Source: Candidatus Hydrogenedentota bacterium
Lineage (GTDB): Bacteria > Hydrogenedentota > Hydrogenedentia > Hydrogenedentales > SLHB01
DNA length: 64,000 nucleotides
Assembly: GCA_036789645.1 (NCBI GenBank)
Contig: DAIQLC010000025.1
Span: 1,424 to 65,423 of the forward strand
Direction: 5' to 3'
Position numbers and translations under genes: made by a program. The notes under the pieces were generated by a model, which was not told the origin of the DNA, ran no database searches, and saw only the letters and a program-made list of their open reading frames with translations. The stretch's first letter is position 1. Every line of letters begins with the position of its first letter. Shown piece by piece: positions 28,960-37,622 of this stretch.

Positions 28960-30108
28960 CTATGCCTCACAGCGAAATCCCACGCCCGAAAACATCGCTT
29001 TCAGACCGGGGTTTTTCGGGGTAATCACGGCGCGGGTGTTGAAAAATTCCCGCCGTCGCGGATAGTTCTTGCGAAGCGTGTCGAAAAAGGCGCCGCGCTC
29101 CGCCTCGGATACACCAAACAGTCCACGCATGGCCTGGTCGTCGTTCCGGATATCATATACGCTTCGCACGGCCTCGCGCAGGGCGTCCTCGGGGTCTACG
29201 GAAGCGCCGTCCACCCGGACCTCCGGACATTCGGGCGCGGGGAGCAGGGGAGAGGGGTCCCAGGCCGGAGCGACTCCCAGAAACGCGCACGCCGCCTCGT
29301 AGATCTGCCGCGTGCCGTTCACCTTGCCGTCAAACGAGTAGCCCGCGATATGGGGCGTGCCGATAAAGACCTGCTTCAGCAACTCGAGCTCGACAACCGG
29401 TTCGCCTTCCCACACATCCAGCACGCACGCCCTCAGATGGCCGTCCGACAGGGCGCGTTTCACGGCGGCGCCGTCCGCGACGGCCCCGCGCGCACTGTTG
29501 ATCAGGATGCTGCCGGGTTTCATGCGGCGCACAAAGGCATCGTCGACCAGGTGATAGGTTGCGTCCGCGCCCTCTTTGGCCAGCGGAACATGCACGGTGA
29601 CGATGTCGCAATCGAGAGTCTCATCCAAGGGCCGGTAGATTGCGTCGCCGGTCTGGCGCTGCAGCGGGGGGTCGTTCAGCACGCATTCCATGCCCATCGC
29701 GGACGCCTTGGCCCGCACCCGCGACCCGACGTTGCCGACGCCTACGATGCCCAGCCTCATATCCCTCAGCCGGAACCCGTGCGCGGCGGCCAGTTCGAGC
29801 AGGGCGCCGGTGATGTACTGGCCCACACTGTTCGCGTTGCATCCCGGCGCGCTCGAAAACCCGACGCCGTGCGCTTCGAGGTACGCCTTGTCGACATGGT
29901 CCTCGCCGATGGTCGCGGTTCCTACAAACCGGACCTTCGAGCCTTCCAGCAGGGCCGCATTCACGTTCGTAATGGAGCGAATCGCCAGGATGTCCGCGTC
30001 CGCCACGGCCGCCGCGCTGATCCGGCGCCCCGGCATGGCGACCACGTCGCCCAGGGTCGAGAACGCTTCGAGCCCGTACGGCATGTTCTCATCGACGATG
30101 ATCTTCAT
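28960..30108 (-). CDS. pdxB: Erythronate-4-phosphate dehydrogenase PdxB (D-2-hydroxyacid dehydrogenase family)
   Basis: It is collinear with E. coli PdxB from the first residue (MKIIVDENMPY ... VGTATIGEDHVD ... GFSSAPGCNANSV ... GIVGVGNVG ... ARGAV ... LDVWEGEP ... HIAGYSFDGK ... RREFF). Confidence 0.85.
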   Translation of the reverse strand: MKIIVDENMPYGLEAFSTLGDVVAMPGRRISAAAVADADILAIRSITNVNAALLEGSKVRFVGTATIGEDHVDKAYLEAHGVGFSSAPGCNANSVGQYITGALLELAAAHGFRLRDMRLGIVGVGNVGSRVRAKASAMGMECVLNDPPLQRQTGDAIYRPLDETLDCDIVTVHVPLAKEGADATYHLVDDAFVRRMKPGSILINSARGAVADGAAVKRALSDGHLRACVLDVWEGEPVVELELLKQVFIGTPHIAGYSFDGKVNGTRQIYEAACAFLGVAPAWDPSPLLPAPECPEVRVDGASVDPEDALREAVRSVYDIRNDDQAMRGLFGVSEAERGAFFDTLRKNYPRRREFFNTRAVITPKNPGLKAMFSGVGFRCEA

Positions 30109-30117
30109 GGGCGGCCG

Positions 30118-31011
30118 CTATTTCTTCCAGGGCGGGAGTTCCGGGAGATACGCGTCAAACTCTTCAATCAAAGAGGCCTCGTAGTCCCCGGCGAACTCGC
30201 CCGCGAAGAACTTGTCGAGCCCTTCTTCATACAGCCGCTTCCACGACTTGTCTTCGTCGCCCGGATTGATGGGGAAGAAGAGGGCGTTGTTGGCCCGCGC
30301 GGCTTTCATGTCGCCCGGAGCATCGCCGATCATGAGCATTTTGGTGTGCTCGTACCGGCCCTGCGCAGCGAATCCGATGTGCTCGGACTTCTTGCCCATT
30401 TCCTGGCCGGCAATCGCAAAGACGTATGTGTCTACGCCCTGTTCCTGCCACTCCCGGGTCAATGCCTCGGTGGGCGTCTGCGAGCAGACCAGCATGTCCG
30501 CCCGGACATGGGCCTTTTCCAGGCACTCGCGCACATACGGGAACGGCGGCAACCCGCCCTGCACGATGTCCGCCACGGTCCGGTTGACCGCCTTGCTCCA
30601 CTCCAGCGCCCGTGCCATGACCGGATCGTCCGGATGCGCCTTGCAGTAGGCCTCGAGCACCGGATTCCCGAGCTTGGATTCCTTCACCACCCACTCGCGC
30701 AACGAGGCCACGTCCGGACACCGGAATTCGCGCTCCCGCACCTTGTCCCAGTCGTTGAGCAGATCAAACACCATCAGCAGCGCCGGGAACCGGTTGATCC
30801 CGCGCCACGTTGAATACAGGTTGACAAATTCCGCCGCCGCGCGCGCGTACTTCGACACCGGTTGGAGGTCCCAGTACTTGATGATGTTCGGAATAAAGCA
30901 CTCCTTGTGCTTGATCTCCATCGTGTCGAACGCGCAGCCGTCGCTGTCAATGGCAATCAGGAACTCATGGCTCGGCTGATGCGCTTTGAGAGAGGCTACC
31001 GGATCCATCAT
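30118..31011 (-). CDS. HAD-superfamily hydrolase (phosphatase-like)
   Basis: DSDGCAFD (D-x-D motif I), later S/T and K/D..D motifs (MLMIGDAPGDMKAA). The start is placed at ATGATG 31008-31011, 9 nt after AAGGAG, rather than the ORF-track GTG at 31044. Confidence 0.6.
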   Translation of the reverse strand: MMDPVASLKAHQPSHEFLIAIDSDGCAFDTMEIKHKECFIPNIIKYWDLQPVSKYARAAAEFVNLYSTWRGINRFPALLMVFDLLNDWDKVREREFRCPDVASLREWVVKESKLGNPVLEAYCKAHPDDPVMARALEWSKAVNRTVADIVQGGLPPFPYVRECLEKAHVRADMLVCSQTPTEALTREWQEQGVDTYVFAIAGQEMGKKSEHIGFAAQGRYEHTKMLMIGDAPGDMKAARANNALFFPINPGDEDKSWKRLYEEGLDKFFAGEFAGDYEASLIEEFDAYLPELPPWKK

Positions 31012-31059
31012 GGGCTCAAACTCCTTGCTCTTGTGCTTTAACACCGTTCGTATGCGCGA

Positions 31060-31890
31060 TCACACCCCGGAATAGGCCGAAAACCCGCCGTCAATGGGCA
31101 CTACGATGCCCGTCACGAACCGCGAGGCCTCCGACGCCAGCCACACCGTCACGCCAATCAGGTCTTCGGGCGTGCCAAACTGGCCCATGGGCGTGTGGTC
31201 AATGACCTTCTTGCCGCGCGGCGTCAAGTCGCCGGTCTTCTCGTCGGTCATGAGGAAACGGTTCTGCTCGGTCAGGAAAAAACCCGGCGCGATCGCGTTC
31301 ACCCGCAATTTCGCCGTGTATTCCTGGGCGAAATGCACCGCCAGCCACTGCGTGAAGTTGCTGACCGCCGCCTTCGCCGCGCTGTAGCCCGGAATGCGCG
31401 TCAACGGCGACAAGGCGCTCATCGAGGAGATATTGATGATGCTCCCGCCCTCCGGATTGTCTTTCATTCGCTCGCCAAACACCTGGCACGGCACGATCGT
31501 GCCCGCGAGAATGTTCAGATTAAACACCTTCGACAGCGCCTCGGGCGGAAGCTGGAAAAACGACTGCTCGGCCGAAGTCGTCGCCGCCTTCATGTTGCCG
31601 CCCACCGCGTTGATCAGGATGTCCACCGACCCGTAGGTGTCGTAGGCCGCGTCGCGGCATCCTTCGATTGTGGACCGGTCAAACGCGTCCATTTTGACGC
31701 CCAGGGCCGTTCCGCCGGCATCGGTGATACGTTTCGCGGCCTTCTCGGCCATCTCGGGCAGCAAATCGCCAATGACCACGTTGGCCCCGGCGGCCGCCAG
31801 TCCTTCCCCGATTGCGCCGCCCAGAATGCCGCCGCCGCCGGCCACCACAGCCACTTTTCCCTTAAGACTAAACATATCAGCAACTTGCAT
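31060..31890 (-). CDS. Short-chain dehydrogenase/reductase (SDR) family oxidoreductase
   Basis: LKGKVAVVAGGGGILG Rossmann motif, NAVG, a catalytic S...YSAAK triad and a PG motif. The start is ATG 31890; the ATG at 31875 is an alternative. Confidence 0.85.
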   Translation of the reverse strand: MQVADMFSLKGKVAVVAGGGGILGGAIGEGLAAAGANVVIGDLLPEMAEKAAKRITDAGGTALGVKMDAFDRSTIEGCRDAAYDTYGSVDILINAVGGNMKAATTSAEQSFFQLPPEALSKVFNLNILAGTIVPCQVFGERMKDNPEGGSIINISSMSALSPLTRIPGYSAAKAAVSNFTQWLAVHFAQEYTAKLRVNAIAPGFFLTEQNRFLMTDEKTGDLTPRGKKVIDHTPMGQFGTPEDLIGVTVWLASEASRFVTGIVVPIDGGFSAYSGV

Positions 31891-32275
31891 AGCGCAAACT
31901 CCCATGGTTTTGCAGAATGCCCAGATTCCAGATGCGCGGCGAAGCGGATACAGGATGTGCCCGGACGGCCACAGATGCATACGGGGAAAAGATTAGCATA
32001 CGGTTTTATTGGATGCAACCGCGCACGCGGGGCCGGGCGAAAGGCCCTAAGATCTTGTGAATCGACTGGTTAAGGGCCTGGATCGCTTGAACCTCATCCA
32101 TGAAATCGATGTCCGCGCGCGCCCCTTCGAAAACACACCCGATCGAATCGGAATGAATGCGCTCTGTCGTCCCGCGTCTCCTTCTCGGGAAACATAAGAC
32201 ACAAATCGTGGGTTTCGTGGTACGGTTAGATGTGAGATCTGCCCAGAACAGCCGCACGAAAGGACCGGTTCGGTC

Positions 32276-34129
32276 GTGAAGAATACGCATACAGCCTCCG
32301 CATCCCGCCTGGCCGCCGCCGTGCTCCTGGTGGCCGCCGTGTCTCTGACGGCCCCCGCGTCGCAAAACGTCTCCGGAAACAGTGCCGACGCGTGCGGCGC
32401 GGACCGGTTTCCGGAAGCCGCCACCTTCCTGGCCGGGCACGGCTACCCGCAAAGCAGCTACCGGGTCTTGCTGTCCTGGCGCGAACGGGGACGCAATCTC
32501 TCCGCGGGGACCGTGACCGGCTACCGCATAGCTCCCGTCAGCGGACACGAACCGTTCGACCTCTACAGCGACGCCGCCGGACGATTGCTCTCCGATTCCG
32601 ACCTTGAGCACGCCGGCATCGCTCGCAAAACGTGGGATCTCCCGCCCGCGGAGCAGTCGCCTGAGATTTCCCGGCAGATGTCCAAGTTCATCGCGCCCAA
32701 GCCACAGCCGGCCGGTCCCGCCAGGAACGCGCAAGCGGGCGAATGGCTCCTTCTTGATCCCCTCGACATGGGCAAGGTGCTGGCCGAGGACCTCGAGCGC
32801 CAACTGCAGGGCGCCAAGAGCGCACAACGCATCGGCGTATTTCAGGACTTCCCGCAGCGGATCCGTGTCGCCGGCGCCCGTGCGAACCTCGGGCGCTGGG
32901 AAACCCTCAGCGACGGAACCCGGCTTTGGTCCGTCCGCATCTATTCGCCTGAAGCCGTGGCGCAACGGATCCATTTTGCCACGCTGGATTTGCCGCGCGG
33001 CGCACAGGTCGTGGTATACAATGCTTCCTACCCGGAAGAGGCCTACGGTCCGTACACCGCTCCGTATCCCGGTGAATCCGATCTCTGGGCCGCGTCGTGC
33101 TTCTCGGATGCTGTCGCCGTGGAATGTGCCGTGCCCGCCGGCGTGCCCGTCGAGCCCGTGCGGATCGTGCTCGACCAGACCGCCCACATCTACGCGGACT
33201 TTGCCACACTGCCCTGGGGCAAGGCCCTCAACGAAGCAGGGTCATGCAACCTTGACGTGGCCTGCTATCCCGATTGGCAGGAGACCTCGTGGGGCGTGGG
33301 CGGGATCGGTTCGATCACACGGGGCACCGGCGTGCTCTGGTGCACCGGCTCGCTCATCGCCGATTCGGTCCCCGAGACGGAGATTCCCTATTTCCTGACC
33401 GCGGAACACTGCGTCGGCACGGCCCAGGAAGCCAGTGCCCTCGAGTTTTACTGGCTCTGGCAGCGTGAAACCTGCGGCGGCGCCCTGCTGCCGGTGTACA
33501 GCGTTCCCCGCACCACCGGCGGGGCGGATTTCATGGTCTCCAGCCCCGCGCCGTCGGGCTCCGATTTTACCCTGCTTCGCCTGCGCAACCAGCCGCCGGA
33601 AGGCCTGACCTACCTCGGCTGGACTACCGTTGCGCCTCCCATCGACACGAGCGTCACCTGCATTCATCACCCCAGCGGCGATTACAAACGCATCAGCTTC
33701 GGCGACCTGATCACCGGGGCGGCGTACCCCGCCACCGTCCACCGGGTTGGATGGAACGAGGGTACTACCGAAAAAGGCTCTTCCGGAAGTCCGCTGATGC
33801 TGACCGATACCCAGCAGGTGATCGGCCAGTTGTGGCGCGGCAACGCATCCTGCAGCATGCCGCGGGAAGCGGGCGGGTGGGACGAATTCGGCCGTTTCGA
33901 TGTCACCTACCCGCTGGCAGCGCCCTGGCTGGGCCCCATCGAACCCGCCGGACCCGCCGACATCAACAAAGACGGCTTCCTCGACGCCGTTGATATTCAG
34001 TTGGTGATCAACGCCGCGCTCGGCGTGCCGGTGGACCCGGACTTCGAGCCCAACGTGAGCGGCGATCCCGACGGCCAGGTCAATGCCGTCGACATCCAAC
34101 TCGTCATCAACGCCGCCCTCGGGATTTGA
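32276..34129 (+). CDS. Secreted trypsin-like (S1 family) serine endopeptidase with N-terminal pro-region and two C-terminal dockerin type-I repeats
   Basis: Signal peptide follows a GTG start. The catalytic His is in LTAEHC and the Ser in GSSGSPL. The C-terminus has two calcium-binding dockerin repeats, DINKDGFLDAVDIQLVINAALG and DPDGQVNAVDIQLVINAALG. Confidence 0.75.
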   Translation: MKNTHTASASRLAAAVLLVAAVSLTAPASQNVSGNSADACGADRFPEAATFLAGHGYPQSSYRVLLSWRERGRNLSAGTVTGYRIAPVSGHEPFDLYSDAAGRLLSDSDLEHAGIARKTWDLPPAEQSPEISRQMSKFIAPKPQPAGPARNAQAGEWLLLDPLDMGKVLAEDLERQLQGAKSAQRIGVFQDFPQRIRVAGARANLGRWETLSDGTRLWSVRIYSPEAVAQRIHFATLDLPRGAQVVVYNASYPEEAYGPYTAPYPGESDLWAASCFSDAVAVECAVPAGVPVEPVRIVLDQTAHIYADFATLPWGKALNEAGSCNLDVACYPDWQETSWGVGGIGSITRGTGVLWCTGSLIADSVPETEIPYFLTAEHCVGTAQEASALEFYWLWQRETCGGALLPVYSVPRTTGGADFMVSSPAPSGSDFTLLRLRNQPPEGLTYLGWTTVAPPIDTSVTCIHHPSGDYKRISFGDLITGAAYPATVHRVGWNEGTTEKGSSGSPLMLTDTQQVIGQLWRGNASCSMPREAGGWDEFGRFDVTYPLAAPWLGPIEPAGPADINKDGFLDAVDIQLVINAALGVPVDPDFEPNVSGDPDGQVNAVDIQLVINAALGI

Positions 34130-34198
34130 TCCCCGCCTGTTCCCGTCCGTGCCTCTCTGTGTGATACGATAATTCACCACAAATACAAGGGAACCGCG

Positions 34199-35542
34199 AT
34201 GCCTGTCGTCTTTCTGGTGCTGGGCCTGGCGCTCCTGGTCGGCGGGGCGGAATTGCTCGTGCGCGGGGCCTCGCGACTCGCCACCGCGGCCAGGATCAGC
34301 CCCCTGATCATCGGCCTGACCGTCGTGGCCTATGGCACCAGCGCGCCCGAGCTCGCCGTAAGCGCACGCGCCAGCCTCACCGGCGACGCGGGCGTGGCCC
34401 TGGGGAACGTGGTGGGCAGCAACATCTTCAACGTGCTGTTCATTCTGGGCATTGCGGCGATCATGAGTCCCCTGACCATCTCGTCACAACTGGTACGCCT
34501 CGACGTTCCCGTCATGATCGGCGTCTCGCTCCTGGCCTGGGTGCTGAGCAGCAACGGAACCATCGAGCCCGTCGAGGGGGCGCTGCTCCTGGCCGGGTTG
34601 GCGGGATACACGGCCGTCCAGGTCGTCCTTGCACGGTATTACGCCAGGCGGGAACCTGCCGCGACCGCCGAAATCTCGCCCATGAACCCGCCGTTCAGCG
34701 CAAGAAGTTTCGTCCTCCATGCGGCGTTCGTGCTCGCGGGACTCGTCTGCCTCGGCATGGGCGCCGACGGGTTCGTGCGAGGCGCCGTCGCCACCGCCCA
34801 GCGGCTCGGCATCACCGAACTCCTCATCGGCCTGACCATCGTCGCCGTGGGCACGTCCCTTCCTGAACTTGCCGCCTCCGTCTGGGCCACCGTGCGGGGC
34901 GAGCGCGACCTGGCCGTAGGCAACGTGGTCGGCAGCAACATTTTCAATCTGCTTGGCGTGCTGGGCGTCTCCGCCCTGCTGGGTCCCGGCGGGGCTGAAG
35001 TCTCACAGGACGCCCTCCAGTACGACATCCCGGTCATGATCGCGGTGGCCGTGGTCTGTCTGCCGGTGTTTATCTCCGGCGCCACCGTGTCCCGCCTCGA
35101 AGGATTCCTGTTGTGGTTCTACTACGCCATGTATCTGGCGGTGCTCGTGCTGGATGCCGTCAACAGTCCGCTCGAACGGCCCGTGAGCCAGGCGGTAGCG
35201 TTCATTTTCATCCCGCTCACCGCCATCATTCTCCTGACGTCGCTCGTTATCACGGAAAAACAGCTTGAACGCATGCTCGGCCCCCTCGCCGCCGACGTCC
35301 GGGTCACCGCAAAACGAACGTTCCGCCAGCTCAAGCGGCTGCTCATCTTCACCCTCGGCGGCACCATCGTACTTCTGGGCGTCGCCATGATCTTCATGCC
35401 GGGCCCCGCCACCGTGGTGATCCCCCTTGGTCTGGCCGTGCTCGCCACGGAGTTCATCTGGGCAAAACGGCTCCTGGTCAGCACCGTCGAACGCGCAAGG
35501 GGCCTCATCTCCCCGTCACGCAGCGAAGATAAGGAACCGTGA
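34199..35542 (+). CDS. CaCA-family cation/Ca2+ antiporter (YrbG-like) with a C-terminal PGPGW-type transmembrane extension
   Basis: It has two alpha-repeat signatures (AYGTSAPEL, AVGTSLPEL) with GNVVGSNIFN in each half. The extra C-terminal ~100 aa contain IFMPGPATVVIPLGLAVLATEFIWAKRL, resembling the PGPGW membrane domain. Confidence 0.75.
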   Translation: MPVVFLVLGLALLVGGAELLVRGASRLATAARISPLIIGLTVVAYGTSAPELAVSARASLTGDAGVALGNVVGSNIFNVLFILGIAAIMSPLTISSQLVRLDVPVMIGVSLLAWVLSSNGTIEPVEGALLLAGLAGYTAVQVVLARYYARREPAATAEISPMNPPFSARSFVLHAAFVLAGLVCLGMGADGFVRGAVATAQRLGITELLIGLTIVAVGTSLPELAASVWATVRGERDLAVGNVVGSNIFNLLGVLGVSALLGPGGAEVSQDALQYDIPVMIAVAVVCLPVFISGATVSRLEGFLLWFYYAMYLAVLVLDAVNSPLERPVSQAVAFIFIPLTAIILLTSLVITEKQLERMLGPLAADVRVTAKRTFRQLKRLLIFTLGGTIVLLGVAMIFMPGPATVVIPLGLAVLATEFIWAKRLLVSTVERARGLISPSRSEDKEP

Positions 35543-35554
35543 GCGCTTTCCCGC

Positions 35555-36775
35555 TCAGTCCTCCGCGAAGGTGTCGAAATACCCCTGGATATAGACGATG
35601 GGCGTGCCTTTGTCGCCGCTGCCGGACGTCAGGTCGCACAGCGATCCGATCAGGTCCGTCAACCGGCGGGGCGTGGTGCCTTGCGCTTCCATGGCCCCCA
35701 CGAGGTCGCCCTTCTTTTCCCGGATCTGCCGTGCGATGGCCTGTTGCAGGGCGTCTCCCGTGAGACCGGCGAACTGGTTGTCCGCCAGGTACTTGATCTT
35801 CAGCTCGTTGGGCGTGCCCACCAGGCCGGCGGTGAACGCGGGGGAGACCACCGGGTCCGCAAGCTCCCAGATCTTGCCCACGGGATCCTTGAACGCGCCG
35901 TCGCCATAGACCAGCACTTCCACGGTCTTCCCGAGCCGCTCCCGGAACAGGTCCTGAATGCGCTCGACCACCGCCTGGCAGTCGCGCGGAAAGAGTTTCA
36001 CGGTTTCCTCAGTCGCCTTGTTGGAGCCCAGCAGACCGTATTCCGGATGGTAGCCGCTGCCGTTCACGGGAGAGGAGAGAATGTCGTCCAGTCCGTACAC
36101 CCGTTCCGCGCCCGCGGCCGCCAGAAGCCGTTTGGTCCGCGCCCGGGAGTGGATATCGCACGCCAGCACGTTGCGCGTATACGCCAGGATGGTCTCGGGG
36201 CGGTTCGAGAAGAGGATCGTGCACTCCGCGCCTTCCGCTTCCACCAGCGACCGGTAATACGCCACGTAGTCCACGCCGGTAAACGGGTGAAGCGCGCGGC
36301 CGAATTCCCGCCGGAACTGGTCCTCCGTGAGGCTGTCGGTCCAGGGATCGATCCCGTGTTCGTCGAGCCAATCCTGCTCCATCAACTGGTTGCCCACCTC
36401 GTCGGACGGGTAGCTGAGCTGCAGCACAATGTGTCTGGTGCTGCGCGCCATGCCCTTAAGCAGCACCGCATACCGGTTCCGGCTGAGGATGGGGAAGACG
36501 ATCCCCAGAGAATCGCCGCCGAATTTGGCCCTCAAGTCCGAAGCGATCGCATCCACCGTGGCATAATTGCCCTGGGCCCGCGCCACAACCGATTCCGTAA
36601 TCCCCACCACGTCCCTGTCGCGAATCGGAAACCCCTCCGCCTTCGATGCCTTCAACACGCTGTCCACCACCATCTCCGCAATGGCATCCCCCTTGCGCAC
36701 GATCGGAGCGCGAATCCCTCTCGCCACGGTTCCAACATAACGGCCCGCGGGCCTGGCGCCTTCTTCAGCCGGCAT
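35555..36775 (-). CDS. CofE-like protein (F420-0:gamma-glutamyl ligase family fold), long form
   Basis: The N-terminus (PIVRKGDAIAEMVV...RDVVGITESVVARAQGN) and C-terminus (DLIGSLCDLTSGSGDKGTPIVYIQG) match the CofE-family ends, with an inserted middle region. The family-level call is tentative. ATG at 36775. Confidence 0.45.
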   Translation of the reverse strand: MPAEEGARPAGRYVGTVARGIRAPIVRKGDAIAEMVVDSVLKASKAEGFPIRDRDVVGITESVVARAQGNYATVDAIASDLRAKFGGDSLGIVFPILSRNRYAVLLKGMARSTRHIVLQLSYPSDEVGNQLMEQDWLDEHGIDPWTDSLTEDQFRREFGRALHPFTGVDYVAYYRSLVEAEGAECTILFSNRPETILAYTRNVLACDIHSRARTKRLLAAAGAERVYGLDDILSSPVNGSGYHPEYGLLGSNKATEETVKLFPRDCQAVVERIQDLFRERLGKTVEVLVYGDGAFKDPVGKIWELADPVVSPAFTAGLVGTPNELKIKYLADNQFAGLTGDALQQAIARQIREKKGDLVGAMEAQGTTPRRLTDLIGSLCDLTSGSGDKGTPIVYIQGYFDTFAED

Positions 36776-36987
36776 ACTAAAAGTCCTTTCCTCATGGCCG
36801 CCCCAGAGACCGGGTCCTCCGCCCGTTCTCCCGGAACCGCCGTACTGCAAAGACCGGGATCATACCCGAAAACGGAGCCTCATACACAGATTCTCAGTAT
36901 ACAAACCCATAGTATAGCCTCCCCGGAACACGGTTTTCGCCTTTCTGCACCCCGCCCCCGTCTCCCTCTGACTGCGCAGCTCCCGGT

Positions 36988-37023
36988 GTCCACCCAGTCC
37001 ACCCGGTCCACCCAGTCTCACCG
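36988..37023. repeat. Four tandem 9-nt repeats (GTCCACCCA / GTCCACCCG / GTCCACCCA / GTCTCACCG) just upstream of the nsrR-like promoter
   Basis: Read directly from the sequence. They lie in the divergent intergenic region between the CofE-like and Rrf2 genes. Confidence 0.6.
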
Positions 37024-37037
37024 TCTCCGCAGACCGC

Positions 37038-37066
37038 TTGACACGGGCTGGCCAAAATCGTATAAT
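37038..37066 (+). promoter_or_regulatory. Consensus sigma70 promoter: TTGACA (37038-37043), 17-nt spacer, TATAAT (37061-37066), driving the Rrf2/NsrR-like gene
   Basis: Perfect -35 and -10 hexamers with optimal spacing, followed by AAGGAG and the ATG at 37089. Confidence 0.6.
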
Positions 37067-37088
37067 CACATGCGATAAAGGAGTACCG

Positions 37089-37505
37089 ATGATCAGCAAG
37101 ACCGCCCTGCACACCCTCAAAGCCGCCGTGGTGCTCGCCCAGGACCCGGAGCAGCGGTATCACGGGGCCGGGGAGATCGCCAAGGCCATTGACGCCCCGG
37201 CGAACTATCTCGGCAAAATGTTGCAGACCCTGGCCCGCCAGGGGGTTCTGATTTCACAGAAGGGGCTGGGCGGCGGATTCAAGCTGGCCCGCGACCCGCA
37301 CGAAATCACCCTGTATGAGGTGGTGGAAGGGATTGACGATCTCAGCCGCTTGTCGGGCTGTTTCCTGGGCCGGTCGAAATGTTCGACGGACAATCCCTGC
37401 CCCCTGCACCGGCAGTGGGGCCGGATTCGAGGCGGTTATTTGGCGATGTTGAACGATTACACGCTGGCCGACCTGGCGAGCCACACCCACGGAACGCTGA
37501 TCTAG
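37089..37505 (+). CDS. Rrf2-family transcriptional regulator (NsrR/IscR-like, three-Cys cluster ligands)
   Basis: wHTH N-terminus (LKAAVVLAQDPEQRYHGAGEIAKAIDAPANYLGKMLQTLARQGVLISQKGLGGGFKLAR) and the Cys cluster CFLGRSKCSTDNPCPLH. Being directly upstream of ytfE suggests an NsrR-like nitrosative-stress role. Confidence 0.8.
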   Translation: MISKTALHTLKAAVVLAQDPEQRYHGAGEIAKAIDAPANYLGKMLQTLARQGVLISQKGLGGGFKLARDPHEITLYEVVEGIDDLSRLSGCFLGRSKCSTDNPCPLHRQWGRIRGGYLAMLNDYTLADLASHTHGTLI

Positions 37506-37622
37506 AGGCGGGTGTTTTTTTCGGGCATAAAAGGATATGCGCATGCGATTAGTATATATAAAGGCGCCGGCAGGGCGGGCCTCCGGCCCTGCGTTTCTGA
37601 AACCAACGAAGGAGACCTTGCG

